Shown here: positions 41,951 to 55,513 of the stretch, piece after piece | Layout: each line of letters begins with the position of its first letter | How positions within the stretch are numbered: position 1 is the stretch's first letter | DNA from: Adineta vaga | Taxonomy: Eukaryota; Animalia; Rotifera | Assembly: GCA_021613535.1 (NCBI GenBank) | Contig: CP075496.1 | Location: forward strand, 8,494,001-8,558,000 | Direction: 5' to 3' | DNA length: 64,000 nt | The notes under the pieces: model-generated | The model's input: the letters and a program-made list of their open reading frames with translations, nothing else | The model's database searches: none | Told to the model about the DNA's origin: nothing | Made by a program: the position numbers and the translations under genes

Positions 41951-42284
41951 ATAAAATATTCATTTGAACTAATCTTTCTTTTATATAACGTTTTTTCATA
42001 ATGATCAAATTGTCTTTAATTGATCAATATATTTATATGATGAATCCTTTTTACTTATTCGTATTTTTACATTCATAATAAAAACTGAAAGAAATAATAG
42101 ATATTCGTCGGATCTAAGAAAAAGATAATGAAATCTCTTCGTGAAAATTTCGAAACAACTCTTCAATTATGATAAAAATTGATAGAATCGTATCTTTTTC
42201 ATAGTATAGAAAATTCATATTTATTAATAAAATAATTTCTTACATAAAAACACAAAACAAAAGATATGAACATCAAGAATGAAT

Positions 42285-42839
42285 TCAATTTAATAAAACA
42301 TATTGACACATCATAATCATAGCAATCAATAACACTGATGCTAAATGACGTGATGTATTTGAATCAAATGGCATTGAATCTGCTAACGTTTTTACAGCCA
42401 TCGTTGGTAACTGTTTATTGCAACTATCTGTATAACAACAAAATCGTCGATGATTAGATTCATCAATTTCTTCACAATGTTTTATACCACGTAAAATAAC
42501 TTTAGTTATATCGGTTTTTGGATCCCATGTTTGCTCACTCTAGAAGATATTAAAAAATCAAATTTGTTTATCTTTTCTTTTCTTTTCTGAATGGATTCTC
42601 ATTTTTACCATGCAAGCATAAGTCGGATCATAATGTGATGTTGTAATTGCATTCTCATTACTTTCATCTCCACCATCGAGATAGAGTGGTAAAGGACAAT
42701 AATTATCATGTTCATTACATGTAAAACATTCGATCGCAACTAATTGATCAATAATTCCTAAAGATTAATTCATTGATATCATCAACAGACTAGTTTTATT
42801 CTTACCAAAAAGAAACAATATAACAAGTGTTTTAATCAT
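42285..42839 (-). CDS. Ly6/uPAR (three-finger, Quiver-like) GPI-anchored protein, 3 exons
   Basis: Signal peptide, AIECFTCN...YC, ...RFCCYTDSCN and a hydrophobic C-terminus. Two GT-AG introns. Missed by the ORF track. Confidence 0.8.
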
Positions 42840-43901
42840 GGTCGTCGTTACGTTTTGCTCTGTTGAAAATAACACACTAACAATGTTAATCACAATATAT
42901 ATATATACAAGAAATTCTTTTCTTTTCTCGCTCTTTATGCGTTTTGCATTCGAGAGAAGAATAAATAAGTAATGTAGTATTTATTTGCATGTTTCCGAAA
43001 GAGAATGTAAGCAACCTTTTCGTCAAATATGTATAATGATATACTCGAGCATAATTGAAAAGAATCGATATTTACAAACTATATATATATATATATATAC
43101 ATATCTAGTTTTGTTTTCCGAAAAATTCTCGTTTAATCAATAAATGAAACACAAGCAAAGTTTTCTTCAAAAAAAAAACAATTAATAAAAATGTCTCAGA
43201 AAACAAGGTCCTACTTCTTTTTAATTAAATAAAAGTCAAATAATAACATTTTGAAATTAATAAAGAAATTTCATGTAGCATGTTGCGTGCAAAAGTCTCG
43301 ATACATTTTCAGATTTATTAGAACAGATGTTTTAACCTTTATTTTCAGAAGTGCAAAATCGGTATGTCATCAAATAGAAGTATCAAACGACTTTCATCAT
43401 CACACACGCAATAATTTATCGAATAAACAGTAAACGTTTCTTCTATATACACGTATATGAGTTGCTATTCGCTTGTTCATTATGGAAAAGGAAAGGACTA
43501 TATTTGATATAGGTATATCTACATTAAATCTGATGATGTTTGTATAAAGATATCGAATACTAAATATTGGGATATAATAATCATAAACAAATATGTCAAA
43601 AGAAAGATATTGATCTTTCAAATTACATCGTTGGTCAGTCATTTGACTATGAAATTTAAAATGATAGATATTCGTTTTGAATCAGATATATTATTGAACA
43701 TAAAAGAAACGAAAAGAAAAGAAGAGAGAAAGGTTTATCATTCAGATATGTAAAGAATTCTTTCTCGTTCTCTTTCGAATGAAAATATCTATCGCGTGAT
43801 ATAAAGGTCAATAAAAGTATCAGTTCTATCGTTCTACTTCAATGAATTTACTAAACATTATTTCAAAAAACGACAACACATTATAATCGTTAATAATAAG
43901 A

Positions 43902-45544
43902 ATGAATAGCATCGATCGAGATGTTCATCGTCTACAATCACTTGGTTATAAACAAGAACTAACGCGAGGTTTTACACGTTTGACTAATTACGGCATATCT
44001 TTATCAGTTATTAGTGTAACATCAGGTCTTTCATCACTTTTCTCCTATGGAATGATAACTGGTGGTCCAGTTGTCATGATATGGGGCTGGTTACTTGTTT
44101 GTATTTTTACTCTATTTGTTGTCTTTGGTATGGCAGAAATCTGTTCGGCTTATCCAACAGCAGGTGGTTTGTATTATTGGACAGGTATACTTGTTCCTCA
44201 ACGACATAAAGCATTAGCAAGTTGGTTTACAGGATGGTTTAATTTAATTGGACAATTTGCTGTAACAGCAGCAATTGATTTTGGTCTTGCTATGTTAATT
44301 GGAAGTATTATTTCAATAAGTTTTAATATGCAGTGGTCACCTCAACCATATCATATTATTCTAATTCATTTAATGATTATTATTAGTCAAGGTATATGTA
44401 ATTCCTTGGGTATACGTTTTCTTTCTTGGTTAACATATATATCGACATGGTGGCAATTATTAGCACCTATTATTGTTTCAATAACATTATTGATTGGAGC
44501 AAAACCAGGACATCAATCAATGAAATTTGTATTTACTGAATTTAAAAATGAAACTGGATGGACAAATAAAGTAAATAAAATATTTGTGATGATTAACTTT
44601 GCTTTTCATCTTTTGTTTTTATCAAGATTTATGTCATTTTAATGGGTCTTCTACAAGCTCAATATGTTCTAACCGGATATGATGCATCTGCTCATATGAC
44701 GGAAGAAACAAAACAAGCAGATAAAGCGAGTCCATGGGGAATGATTAATGCTATATTAGTTTCAACTATTACTGGATGGCTTTTTCTTATTGCATTTTTC
44801 TTTGGTATACATAATTATGATGAAACTCTGAAAACATCAACTGGTTTTCCAATTACACAAATTTTACTCGATAATTTCAGTCGCGAGTGGACTCTCTTCT
44901 TTATTTCTCTTCTTTTAATTGCATGTTGGTTCTGTGGTCTAGCATCGATTACTTCAAATTCAAGGATGATCTATGCTTTTAGTCGAGATCATGCTATTGT
45001 AAATAATTTAATCATTTAGTGAAATCTATCGACATATGTTATTTTTCTCTTTCTCTCTTTTTAGCCTGGTTCTCGTTGGTGGCATACAATCCATCCCCGT
45101 GTATCATGTCCTCTTTATGCTGTCTGGTTATCATGTTTTATTGCATTTCTTCTTGCACTACCGTATTTAGGCAATACAACAGCTTATGTAGCCATTACTA
45201 GTCTTTCAACAATTTCTCTCTATATATCATATGTTTTACCAATTGTATGTAAACTTCTCTATCCAAATACATTTCTTCATGGTCCATTCCATTTGGGACG
45301 ATTTTCAACATTGATTAATTTAGTTGCTGTTGTTTGGGTTTGTATTATTATTGTTCTATTTGTTCTACCACCAATTTATCCAGTGACAGCAGTCACAATG
45401 AATTATGCATCGGTTGGAGTCGGAAGTATATTAATCTTTGCTGGATTGTTTTATTTTCTATCAGCAAAATATTGGTTTTATGGACCAAATACTAATATCA
45501 ATATAAAAGTAGATCAAAGTGTTGTTAATAAAGATTTTGTATGA
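43902..45544 (+). CDS. APC-superfamily amino-acid/GABA/choline permease (ACT family, BAT1/UGA4-like)
   Basis: LGYKQELTR, GGPVVMIWGW, MAEICSAYPTAGGLYYW, GYDASAHMTEET, SRMIYAFSRD, GPFHLG and MNYASV. Two introns. Confidence 0.92.
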
Positions 45545-45863
45545 AATTTCATGAAATGAAGATATGTATTAATCTAATTTTGAGTGTCAATAAATATCAC
45601 ATGAAACTTTGAAATATGTTATTATCATATCGAAATATCATAGAGAGATTATCTTATTTTCTTTATCCCCTTCACATATTTCGTAGCAATATACTAGGTG
45701 TGCTATTTTTCTTTATTTCTAAACAACTGTTCTTTCTCTCATGAAATATAATCATCTGTAGTTAATATTAGACAAAATATATGATAAGCATTACTAAAAA
45801 CAGAACATCCCCTATATATCAAAATCGAAAATAACTGATTAACCTATCATTTGAATATTGAAA

Positions 45864-46975
45864 ATGAATATAACATTATGTATACTCATTTTTCTTACAT
45901 ACTGTTTGATTTCCATCTCTGGACACGGTTATTTATTAAATCCAGTGGCTCGTAGTTCAGCTTGGCTCGTTGATCAATCATTTCGACAATGTTGTACTTA
46001 TAATAATCATATGGAAATGTTCTGTGGTGGTACTCAACATCAATGGTCAACTCATGGTTGGTTTTTTAAAGCATCTTATAAACTGTTGAAATCTATCTAT
46101 CTCTGTATATCATAGGTGGTAAATGCAGTATTTGTGGTGAACCATATGATAGAGCTAATAAATTATTTGAAAAAGGTGGAGCGATGTATACCGGTAAGAT
46201 TGTGAAAACATATAATCAAGGACAACAAATTGATGTAACAGTTGTTGTAAGTTTCTGTACAATAAAATTTCATATACAGTTACTGTATTGTCATAGCTAA
46301 CAGCAAATCATAAAGGTTATTTTGAATTTCGTTTATGTAATTTGGATAGTAATCCAAATTCTGATGCAACACAAGCATGTCTTGATCAACGTCTATTGAA
46401 AATGGCTGGAAGTGATTCAACAAAATATCGTGATGTGGATAAATTTGGTTCCGAAGCAATTACTGTTCGTCTTCAACTACCATCCGATGTAGCTTGTCGT
46501 CATTGTGTATTTCAATGGAAATACATAACAGGAAACAGTTGGGGCACAGATCCACTTACAGGTCAATCCGGTCTTGGAATGGGTATTGAAAATGAAACAT
46601 TTATGGGTTGTTCAGATATTTCGATTGTTGCTAATGGTTCACCTGTCAATACTCTACCACCTGTCGTTGTAACTACAGGGTAAAACAAAAGGAATTCTAC
46701 AGATATCAATTGACAAACTAAACGAACGTTTGTTTTCTTCTAGTACTGCAGCTGAAACAACAGCTCGTCCAGCAACAACAACAGGTCAACCATCAGCAAC
46801 AACATCACGTCCATCAGGTGGTGTAACAACTTGGTCATCAAATAATGTTCAATATCAAACTGGTGATATTGTTTTATATGAAGGTGCTACATATTTATGT
46901 GTTCATAATCATACATCATTTCCAGGTGCTGAACCAAGTCCAGTCACATGGGCATGGTGGAAACGTATTGATTAA
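45864..46975 (+). CDS. AA15-like lytic polysaccharide monooxygenase + linker + CBM5/12 (copy 1), 4 exons
   Basis: Signal peptide ends just before His1 (SG|HGYLLNPVARSSAW). Also CSICGE, TANHKGYFEF, CRHCVFQWKY.TGNSWG, ETFMGCSDI and C-terminal YQTGDIVLYEGATYLCVHNHTS...WAWWKRI. Confidence 0.9.
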
Positions 46976-47331
46976 TTGTTTTATCTTCTTTTATTAAATT
47001 AGATGTATGAGGATGAACAGTATTATTTTATCAATTATTCTCTGAGAATAAATATAAGAGAATAAGTCCACATACGGATCTTGTTGAAAGTTGTATTCTA
47101 TGTCGTATGATAAAAATGATTTCATAATATTAAGTATTACGACAAATAGAAGTTCAGATTCAAGAACTTGTCATTCCTCATCGATTGAAATCGATATCTC
47201 ACTTGATTTTTAATAAGTATCATAGGATCAAATGTTCAATTTTAATAGGACTTTTCAACGATTTCTTCGTTTTTTTCTTTGCTTCTTGATTTCATTTCAT
47301 TTGATAAGTTCATTCACTGGATGATAGCATC

Positions 47332-48575
47332 ATGTTCAATCTATTGATTTTATTCTCTTTTTATCTAATATCAATCGATGCTCATGGATATCTATTCGAA
47401 CCAATTGCTCGTAGTTCAGCTTGGCTCACAGATCCATCATTTAAAGATTGTTGCACCTATTCAGGTCATATGGAAATGTTTTGTGGTGGTATTGGACATC
47501 AATGGAATAATAATGGTTTGTAGAGAAATTGAAGAACGTTTGATGATCTTCTTTTGTTTAGGAGGAAAGTGTGGTATTTGTGGTGAACCCTATGATCGAG
47601 CAGTAAAATTATTTGAAAAAGGTGGACGAATGTATTTAGGTAAAATAGTTCAAACATATGCTCAAGGACAACAGATTGACGTCAAAATCAAAGTAAATTA
47701 ATGAGGAATAACAAAAAAAAGCTTTAAAATCTTCATCTATTATTACATATAGTTATCAGCAAATCATCAAGGTTATTTTGAATTTCGATTATGTAGTTTG
47801 GATAGTACTCCAAATGCAGATGCAACACAAGAATGTCTTGATAATTATTTATTAACAATTCTCGATTCCAATTCAACTAAATATCGTGATATTACTCGGC
47901 ATGGTTCGGATACAATTACAACTCGTGTACAATTACCTTCGAATCTAGCTTGTCAACATTGCGTATTTCAGTGGCGATATACAACAGGAAATAATTGGGG
48001 AAGAGATCCAACAACGAATAAATCAGGTCCTGGTTTAGGAAAAGAAAATGAAACGTTTATGGGTTGTTCAGACATCAGTATTACACCAAAAAAAACAACT
48101 ACTATTCGTCCACCAAAAATTATCATTGCTAAATCGTAAGCCATTTATAATGTTCATTTCAGTTTTAGTAAGAAGATATTATTTTAGTTCAACTACACTG
48201 AAGAGTAGTTTAACATCAACATCAGCTGATTATTGGATCGTTTTATTATCAAAATATTGGTCATTACCGCCGATGAAGCATCAATCAAAATTAACAACAA
48301 CAATAAGTTCATGGAAACCATCAAAGAGAACAACAATCAGTTTATCAAAACTACCAAAACCAACAACAACAACAACAAGAACAACTACCACTTCAATTAC
48401 AACTATTCGTTCATTGGCACGGATACCTGTATGGTCTTCATTATTAGTTGCATATCAAAAAGGTGATGAAGTGATATATAATGGTATAAAATATCGTTGT
48501 GTTACCTCACATCATTCATATGCAGGTGCAGAACCAAGTCTTCTCACGTGGGCTCTTTGGCGAAAAATTGACTAA
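47332..48575 (+). CDS. AA15-like LPMO + linker + CBM5/12 (copy 2), 4 exons
   Basis: DA|HGYLFEPIARSSAW, SANHQGYFEF, ETFMGCSDI and YQKGDEVIYNGIKYRCVTSHHS...WALWRKI. Same intron layout as copy 1. Confidence 0.9.
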
Positions 48576-48781
48576 ATGTTCTGTTTGTTTGTTTTTCTTC
48601 TCGAAACGAATATATAACTCCTAGTTTATAGAAATAGATAATGCTGGCATATTATATTTATTTTGCAAGTAAAAAGAAAGCAAAAACAAAGAAACTTCAG
48701 AGGTCTATCTAGACAAAAAAAGAAACAAAAGAGTTTATATACATGAAGACAAGAAAACAATCACCAGGTAGAATTATTATT

Positions 48782-50720
48782 TCATTTGAGAGGCTGTTCT
48801 GCTGCCAATGTATAACTTTTGACACGTGAAAATACTAATGATGGATAAGCATGTCGATCATTAGCAACATCAAGTACTGTCGAACGTTCATCACCTGTAC
48901 GTCTAAATGAAAAGATGTCTTGTTTTAAGAAAACAACAGCAAACTCTAGAAAAAAAAAGAAACTTACTTATTATTGAACCGAATTTCATAATGTATCCAA
49001 GTAAGTTGATAATGTTTCTTCTTTGCAGCATCGGACATTACAAACTCCTAGAGATCAAAATAAAGAACACGTTATACTAATTTAATAATGAATTCTACAG
49101 AATATTCTAACCATATGCATTGTTTGTTCAATATCGGATGATGATGGTATATCTCTTCCACCTCGTCGTTGCGGATTATTTGTGATTGGCGCACGTTGCG
49201 CAACACGTTTAGCAACAATTAGTACCTTAAAACTTTCATATTAACTAAGGAAATAAATTATTTTATTGGCAGTTACTCGACTATTTTGTAAACGATAGTT
49301 TCCATAGATAAGTGAAGGATCACGAGTTGTATGTCGACTTTTTAAACGACTGACTACCGATCGAGGTTCATCAGCTATATTTTAAAGAAATTTATCTATC
49401 TTATTATTATTAGACTTGATTATTTCATTTTCTTACCACTTGTATATATCAAAACAATACCTATAAGAAAAATGTACATTCAAAACAATACATTATTTGA
49501 AATAATAGAAAACAGACCATCGGGAAAAAATCGTATATATCGATAATATTCAACTAAATGCCATGGTGAATAAAATGTGTCTAAAGATTGTTCACCTTGA
49601 CGAACGTATGCAGCACGACTAATATAAACACCTAAAATAAATCGAAAATATAAAAGAATGTATTCAGTTGGTGGCTATCTTTTCTTACCATTGAAAACGA
49701 CATGTGGTGTATTGATAAATATATAACGCCAATTTGTGTTTGTAGTCGTATTTCCTATATTAACACCCCATGTTTTCAAACAAATCATTTTCCATAAATG
49801 AGGATCACGTGCACATATATAAAAACCTCGACAAACTCGTGCACATTGTTCTAATGAACGGACATCTAAATCCGATGAGATAACCCAACGAAATATATAA
49901 ATTAAAACTTCTGATGGTAGACAGGATATATGAGTAGCCTATTGAAAATATTTCATTAAAAATCTATTTTGTCAATGAAATATACTTGTTGAGGAAAGTT
50001 TTTCGAGCAGATTGTTGAAAGTTCATTATCATCAACATTCATACGTTGTAATGAATCGAGAAGATTTTCATCCTTTTCAAATGTATCATCATTTGCATGA
50101 AAATCTTCATCAGTATTTTCTCTAGAAATAAAAAATAGATTTTTCATGTAATACAACAAGTTATTTTATACTGTTGATGATGTGATTCCATTGTTGTGTT
50201 TGTTTGTTGTTGTTGTGGTCCTTTACGAGCCATACGAAATTCAATATCAGGTACTAATTGCATAGCTGCTCGATAATATTTTATCGCTAAAAATACCAAA
50301 TATATTTCGAATAACTATTAATTCTTTTTCCTAACCATCATATAATTTTCCTTCACGTTCTAATTCAGATGCGCGTTCAAAGAAATGTTTCGCCTAATAA
50401 AAAATGATCAAATTTTACAATGAGATCAAATCTCAATAAAAAAACTTGTTAATCTACTTGTTCTTCATTATTAGTTGTTCCATCGTGTTGTTGTTGTTGT
50501 TCTTCTTCTTTTTGTTTATCATTAATTACATGTCCATAGACAGTTCGTTGTTGAATTTCTTTTTGCCATTTATTACGAAAATCATCGAGTTGTTGTTCAA
50601 CTCGACGTTCATTCGTACGTTGCGCTGTCATTTCATATTCACAATCATCACTATCTTGATCGGAACTCTAGAATAAAAAGTATTTTGAGAAAAAGAAGAT
50701 GTACGAATAAAATGTACCAT
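48782..50720 (-). CDS. FBXO9: F-box only protein 9, many short exons
   Basis: [31 protein letters not shown]-box [83 protein letters not shown] and FSRVKSY. Confidence 0.9.
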
Positions 50721-51217
50721 TGCTTAAGAGAAAGTTGAAGTTTAGATATCACGGGATGAAAATTGAATAACTGTTTGATAGAGTTTTGCACGACGAGCAC
50801 CAGCCATTCGAGGAAAAACGAAAAAAAATTACAGAGTAAAACGCATTTTTACCTTAAGTATATAAGAAGAGGGAATACTTCTGGATTGAATCCAGATTTT
50901 ATTTCGAACATTACCGCCATCTATATTACAATATTCTTGTTGTTCTTAATTTCAATGCTGAAATTGAAATAACAACAAAGAATTCTGATGAAATAATTTC
51001 GATTTCGATTTCTTAAGTAAATATTTTCATGAGGTCACTACTTAATAATATTCAAAATAATCGTTCATATAATATAGTTGATTTGATACCAAACATATTT
51101 ACAGTTTTTAATATTTGAAAAAATCTTTTTCTTTTGTTCTAGTAGTAAAAATGTTATGTTTTTATTTCCAACAAGTAAAAATTCTACAAAAATGTCCACA
51201 TATATATATTTTCTTGT

Positions 51218-52269
51218 TTAAATTTGTTTCATCCGAATCTTTGGTATCGATGGAACATCATTATGTTTAATTAACCTAATCAAAGTTTTCATAGGTTGTC
51301 GTTTGAATTGTTTAAAAACGAGCATCCAGTAATCAATATGATGATCAATGATACCATCATGATCAAATGGAATAAGAAGTTTTTTTAAATGTGGATACAA
51401 TGGATTGGGTAGAGTTGGTAAATCATAATACAAAATATCAGCATGCCACATTCAATAAAGTAACACATAAACCAAGAAACATATCAACAGAATAATGATG
51501 TAATTCGATAATTGCTCGAATCATTCGTTGAATAACTTGTGTCCAAATAAATAAACGGATAAAAAAACGTAAAATTCTAAATGGATATGAAGCACAAAGA
51601 ATTGTTACAGCTATTGCTGATATAGTATAAACGATAACATGACCACTATATAATAAATCATTGCATGCACCACCTAGAAAAAGCCGACAACAAAGATTTC
51701 AACACATTTTTTATTTCTGTTTTTCAATGAAAACAAATTCTTTTACCAGGACTTAAGTTGAATGGTTGAACAGGTCCTTTGAATATACATTTTGGATTTG
51801 GATTAGGTAGCACTGTTAATGAAAATGTGATTACGCGAAGTGCACGTGCAATAGTTAAACAGCGTACGCCTTTTTGTAAAACTTTCAAACCATTTGGTCC
51901 ATGTAAAAAACAATAGAATACCCATAGAAATAACACACTATTCGTTTCTACTTGATATGTATCTTCACCAATATAAGCAAATTCCACAAATGTACGATTG
52001 ACATTACTTAAATATTCTTCAGCTAGATCTCTTAATGGTGTTCGATGATGTTCTTTTAATGAAATGACTTGTATCATTGTATTTTCAGTAAGCAATTCAA
52101 TACCCATAAAGATAAGATCACGAATTGATTTCAGTGCATAAACAGCTATTTCTGGTGTTATGTGATGTTGCCACATTTGTGAAATTGTATTGATATGAAG
52201 CATGACTGAAAAGATACTTTGATGCTCATATTGAGCGGTATGATGACGACGATGCGATACCTTCGGCAT
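51218..52269 (-). CDS. Sphingomyelin-synthase/PAP2_C superfamily membrane protein, 2 exons
   Basis: RALRVITFSLTVLPNPNPKC, GGACNDLLYSGH and HHYSVD catalytic motifs. Intron at 51746-51674. Confidence 0.8.
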
Positions 52270-53350
52270 GTGAATTACATATGGTTTCGCATCAGCAATT
52301 TAACATTAGTTGTCAATGAAAAGTATAGAACAAACTCGGTAATGCTTATGTGTGATGCACGAAATATATACACCTACGGAGGCAATGATAATGATCAATG
52401 AAAAAGGTTCGAATATGTCGTTGACTATACGTCAATATATATATATATATGTATTGTAGTGATATTTAATCTTTCCTTTGTTCATTTGTTTATTTATTAT
52501 ACATCCCAATTATACGCATAGACTTCCTTGTCAATACGAGAGCAAACATTCTATTCAAAGAAGAAGATTGATCTTAATTTTTCGTTTCTTTTTCTTATTT
52601 AGTGAGAAAACATTTTCCTTGAAATCAAACAATGAATAATGTAGTTTGATGACAGCAGTATTTTATCATAAATGTGTTTAAATCATTGTAAGTCGATAAA
52701 ATTATCATGTACACAATCATCTTGTTGAATATTGAAATATGTATTCTGCGTAATGAACACAAAAACAAAACAAAATGAGTAATAGTTTTTCTAATTACAA
52801 ATTTATTACCTACTCAAAATCGACATGAATGACGTTAGAAACATGAACTCGTCATGTTCGTTTGTTTAGTAATATTTATATAGAAATACAATCAAGGAAA
52901 GAATACAAACGAACATCTTTCATGCTTGTTTCTACAATACTAAAATATAGTCGGTTGTTCACCTTGACTATGGTTGTGTTTGATTTAAAAGTTGATAGAA
53001 GTGTGAAATTAATGTATATTAATTAATAACGTCAGTTTCGATAGTGTGAAAGCAGTGATAAATTCAAGAATTTTTACATCGAAAAAAAAACACTCTAAAG
53101 TTTCGAATGAAAGATTAAAAGAAAGTGATACAGTGTAATGCAAAATATTATTATCATAAAATGTAAAATAGATAGAAAAAACAAACCCACGTATTCGAAT
53201 GTAAAATATTCACATGTATCAGATGGGTTCTTTGTTCAAGTTAATAAATTCAAATACAGACATAACATATCGTGAATATAATAGAATTTTTATATATATT
53301 TGTGTTTTCTTTTCGATTACACTAGAGAATACACTGAAAAATTTACAAGA

Positions 53351-53989
53351 ATGATGAAGATATTTTTTTTCCTATGTTTTCTTGCTGTCACTATTATTGC
53401 CGATGATGCTGACAATATGATCAATTCTCGAGATGGTAATGAACTATTGGTACCTGATGAAGCTATCTTGAATGGAAATGACGCAATCGATCAAAAAGAA
53501 CAAGATTTTCTAATCGTGGCAATACAATCTTCTCAAAATAATCCTGACGATCCGATTGAAGGAAACAATAATTCTGAAACGAACAACGAATCCGGTGCAG
53601 AGCCCAACAATGACAAAGGTGAGGAGAACAATAGTTCTGAAACCAAAGACGAATCTGACGTAGAACGCACGAATGATTGTGCTAATAAAGATCGTGATGA
53701 TGCAAATGAAGAAGAAAATAATTCTGAAGCAAATGATGAATCTGGTGTAGAATCCAAGAATGATGATGATCGTGCTGGCACTGATGAACCAAATAACGAA
53801 TCAGATATTGAATCGAAGAATGATAGTGAACAAAATAGTCATGATAACGCTGCTGCAGAAAGTAATAATTCTGAAACAAATAACAAATCGGACGCAGATT
53901 CAAAGACTGATGGTCAACAAACAGTCGAAGTTGAAAATACATCAGAAACTGAACTAGTTGCCGTAGATGAACCCGAAGAACCACTATAA
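53351..53989 (+). CDS. Secreted acidic, disordered N/D/E/S-rich repeat protein
   Basis: Signal peptide MMKIFFFLCFLAVTIIA and about five degenerate NNSEtNxESxxE repeats. Confidence 0.7.
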   Translation: MMKIFFFLCFLAVTIIADDADNMINSRDGNELLVPDEAILNGNDAIDQKEQDFLIVAIQSSQNNPDDPIEGNNNSETNNESGAEPNNDKGEENNSSETKDESDVERTNDCANKDRDDANEEENNSEANDESGVESKNDDDRAGTDEPNNESDIESKNDSEQNSHDNAAAESNNSETNNKSDADSKTDGQQTVEVENTSETELVAVDEPEEPL

Positions 53990-54526
53990 TGACGTATCAT
54001 TTATTCATCGATTCAATTTCAGTTTATTGTCATTTCTTGGTTGTATTCATTTATCTCAGAAATAAAAACTAACTCTCTCCGTTAAAAAGTGTATATTGCC
54101 TATAGCGACATCTATGAGCTCACATTTGTATATATTTATTAATTTTTCATTCTGATTAAAAATGTTGTTCTCCATAAAAATATAAAGATTGCATAGTCTT
54201 TCAAAATTTGTGAATGCTCATAAACGCTTTACAATGTTATTGAGAAAACTGTACAATAGAAATAGAAAATCGAAATATGATGAGTCATCATTGTTTGTCA
54301 TATGTAGTAAAACGTAACGTCTTATGTAAAAATCGTCACTTGATAGGTTTTTTCACGATAATTTTCTGGGAAAAAAACAAACAGATCAAAATTCGAATTC
54401 TTTGCAATTTTATCGAAATTTCTCGAATAAATTGAACTGTCTAAACGTCAAATCAGAGTCATTGATGAGAGAAAAATAAAATATATAAATTTTACTAATG
54501 AGATTTGTTTTATATTGTAGATTATT

Positions 54527-55474
54527 ATGGCTAAATCTGTATCTACCTTAGAATCTCTACCTAATGAAACTCTTCTTGATCTCTTCGAATATTTCGATGC
54601 TCAATCACTCTATAAATATTTTTATAATCTTAATTCTCGTTGGAATTCTCTTCTTCAATCTTTATCAAATCTGTCTCTTACTTTTCGAACATCGGATATG
54701 AATTCATTTGATCATTATCCAAAACTATTTTCTTCTCAAATCTATACTCTTATGATCTATTCTCAAGATAATATAGACCTTGATCAATTTCATAATCTTC
54801 GTAATCTTTTTATTTGGTTTCCAACTGATGAACAAATCTTTCAAATCAATACCAAATCATTTCATTCACTTATTTATCTGCATATTTCATTTACAATTCT
54901 AAAACCATCAATTTCTTCTCTCTATCAAAAAGTTTTCTCTAATGGTTTTCCTTCTTTAAAATTCTGTTATCTATGTGGATGTGAATCACCTGACGATACT
55001 CTTCAATGGACTCAATCACCAAATCTTCATTATTTACATACATCATCGAATCATGCATCTATATTAAATTCATCTCCAAATTTATCTTCTTTAATTTTAG
55101 ACATAATTATCTTAGATGGTAAATTTCTTCATTTCAAATCTCATTTGAATCTAAAACGATTAGAATTAGTCACTACGAATGTGACTTGGTTAGATGATAA
55201 AAAACAATTGAAACTCTTATTCTCATTATTACCAAATCTCGAACAATTTTCGTATCATAAAACATATTCAATTACTAATTCAATTGATATTCTTCTTCAA
55301 TATGATTGGTTAGCAAATACTTTACCATTATTGAAGCGATTTGTTTACTATCTTCATATTTTTAATTTGTTTTCAATCGATCAATCAGAATTCTATGAAC
55401 ATTATTCGAAAATTAAAGAAAATTTTTTGAAAATTTATCCTAATCAATCGAAATATTCTTTAAAAATAAAGTAA
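54527..55474 (+). CDS. F-box/LRR-like protein, array unit 1
   Basis: LESLPNETLLDLFEYF...FYNLNSRWNSLL, plus family motifs FSNGFP, WTQSP and YDWL. Confidence 0.85.
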   Translation: MAKSVSTLESLPNETLLDLFEYFDAQSLYKYFYNLNSRWNSLLQSLSNLSLTFRTSDMNSFDHYPKLFSSQIYTLMIYSQDNIDLDQFHNLRNLFIWFPTDEQIFQINTKSFHSLIYLHISFTILKPSISSLYQKVFSNGFPSLKFCYLCGCESPDDTLQWTQSPNLHYLHTSSNHASILNSSPNLSSLILDIIILDGKFLHFKSHLNLKRLELVTTNVTWLDDKKQLKLLFSLLPNLEQFSYHKTYSITNSIDILLQYDWLANTLPLLKRFVYYLHIFNLFSIDQSEFYEHYSKIKENFLKIYPNQSKYSLKIK

Positions 55475-55513
55475 AAACAATCTTCTTTTCCTTTGCTTTT
55501 TCCTTCTTCAGAT

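Noticed and set aside
23040-54290. TGAGTCA (AP-1-like) motifs upstream of several genes (~23040, ~33220, ~54281)
   Set aside because: A 7-mer is expected several times by chance in 64 kb, and enrichment was not tested.
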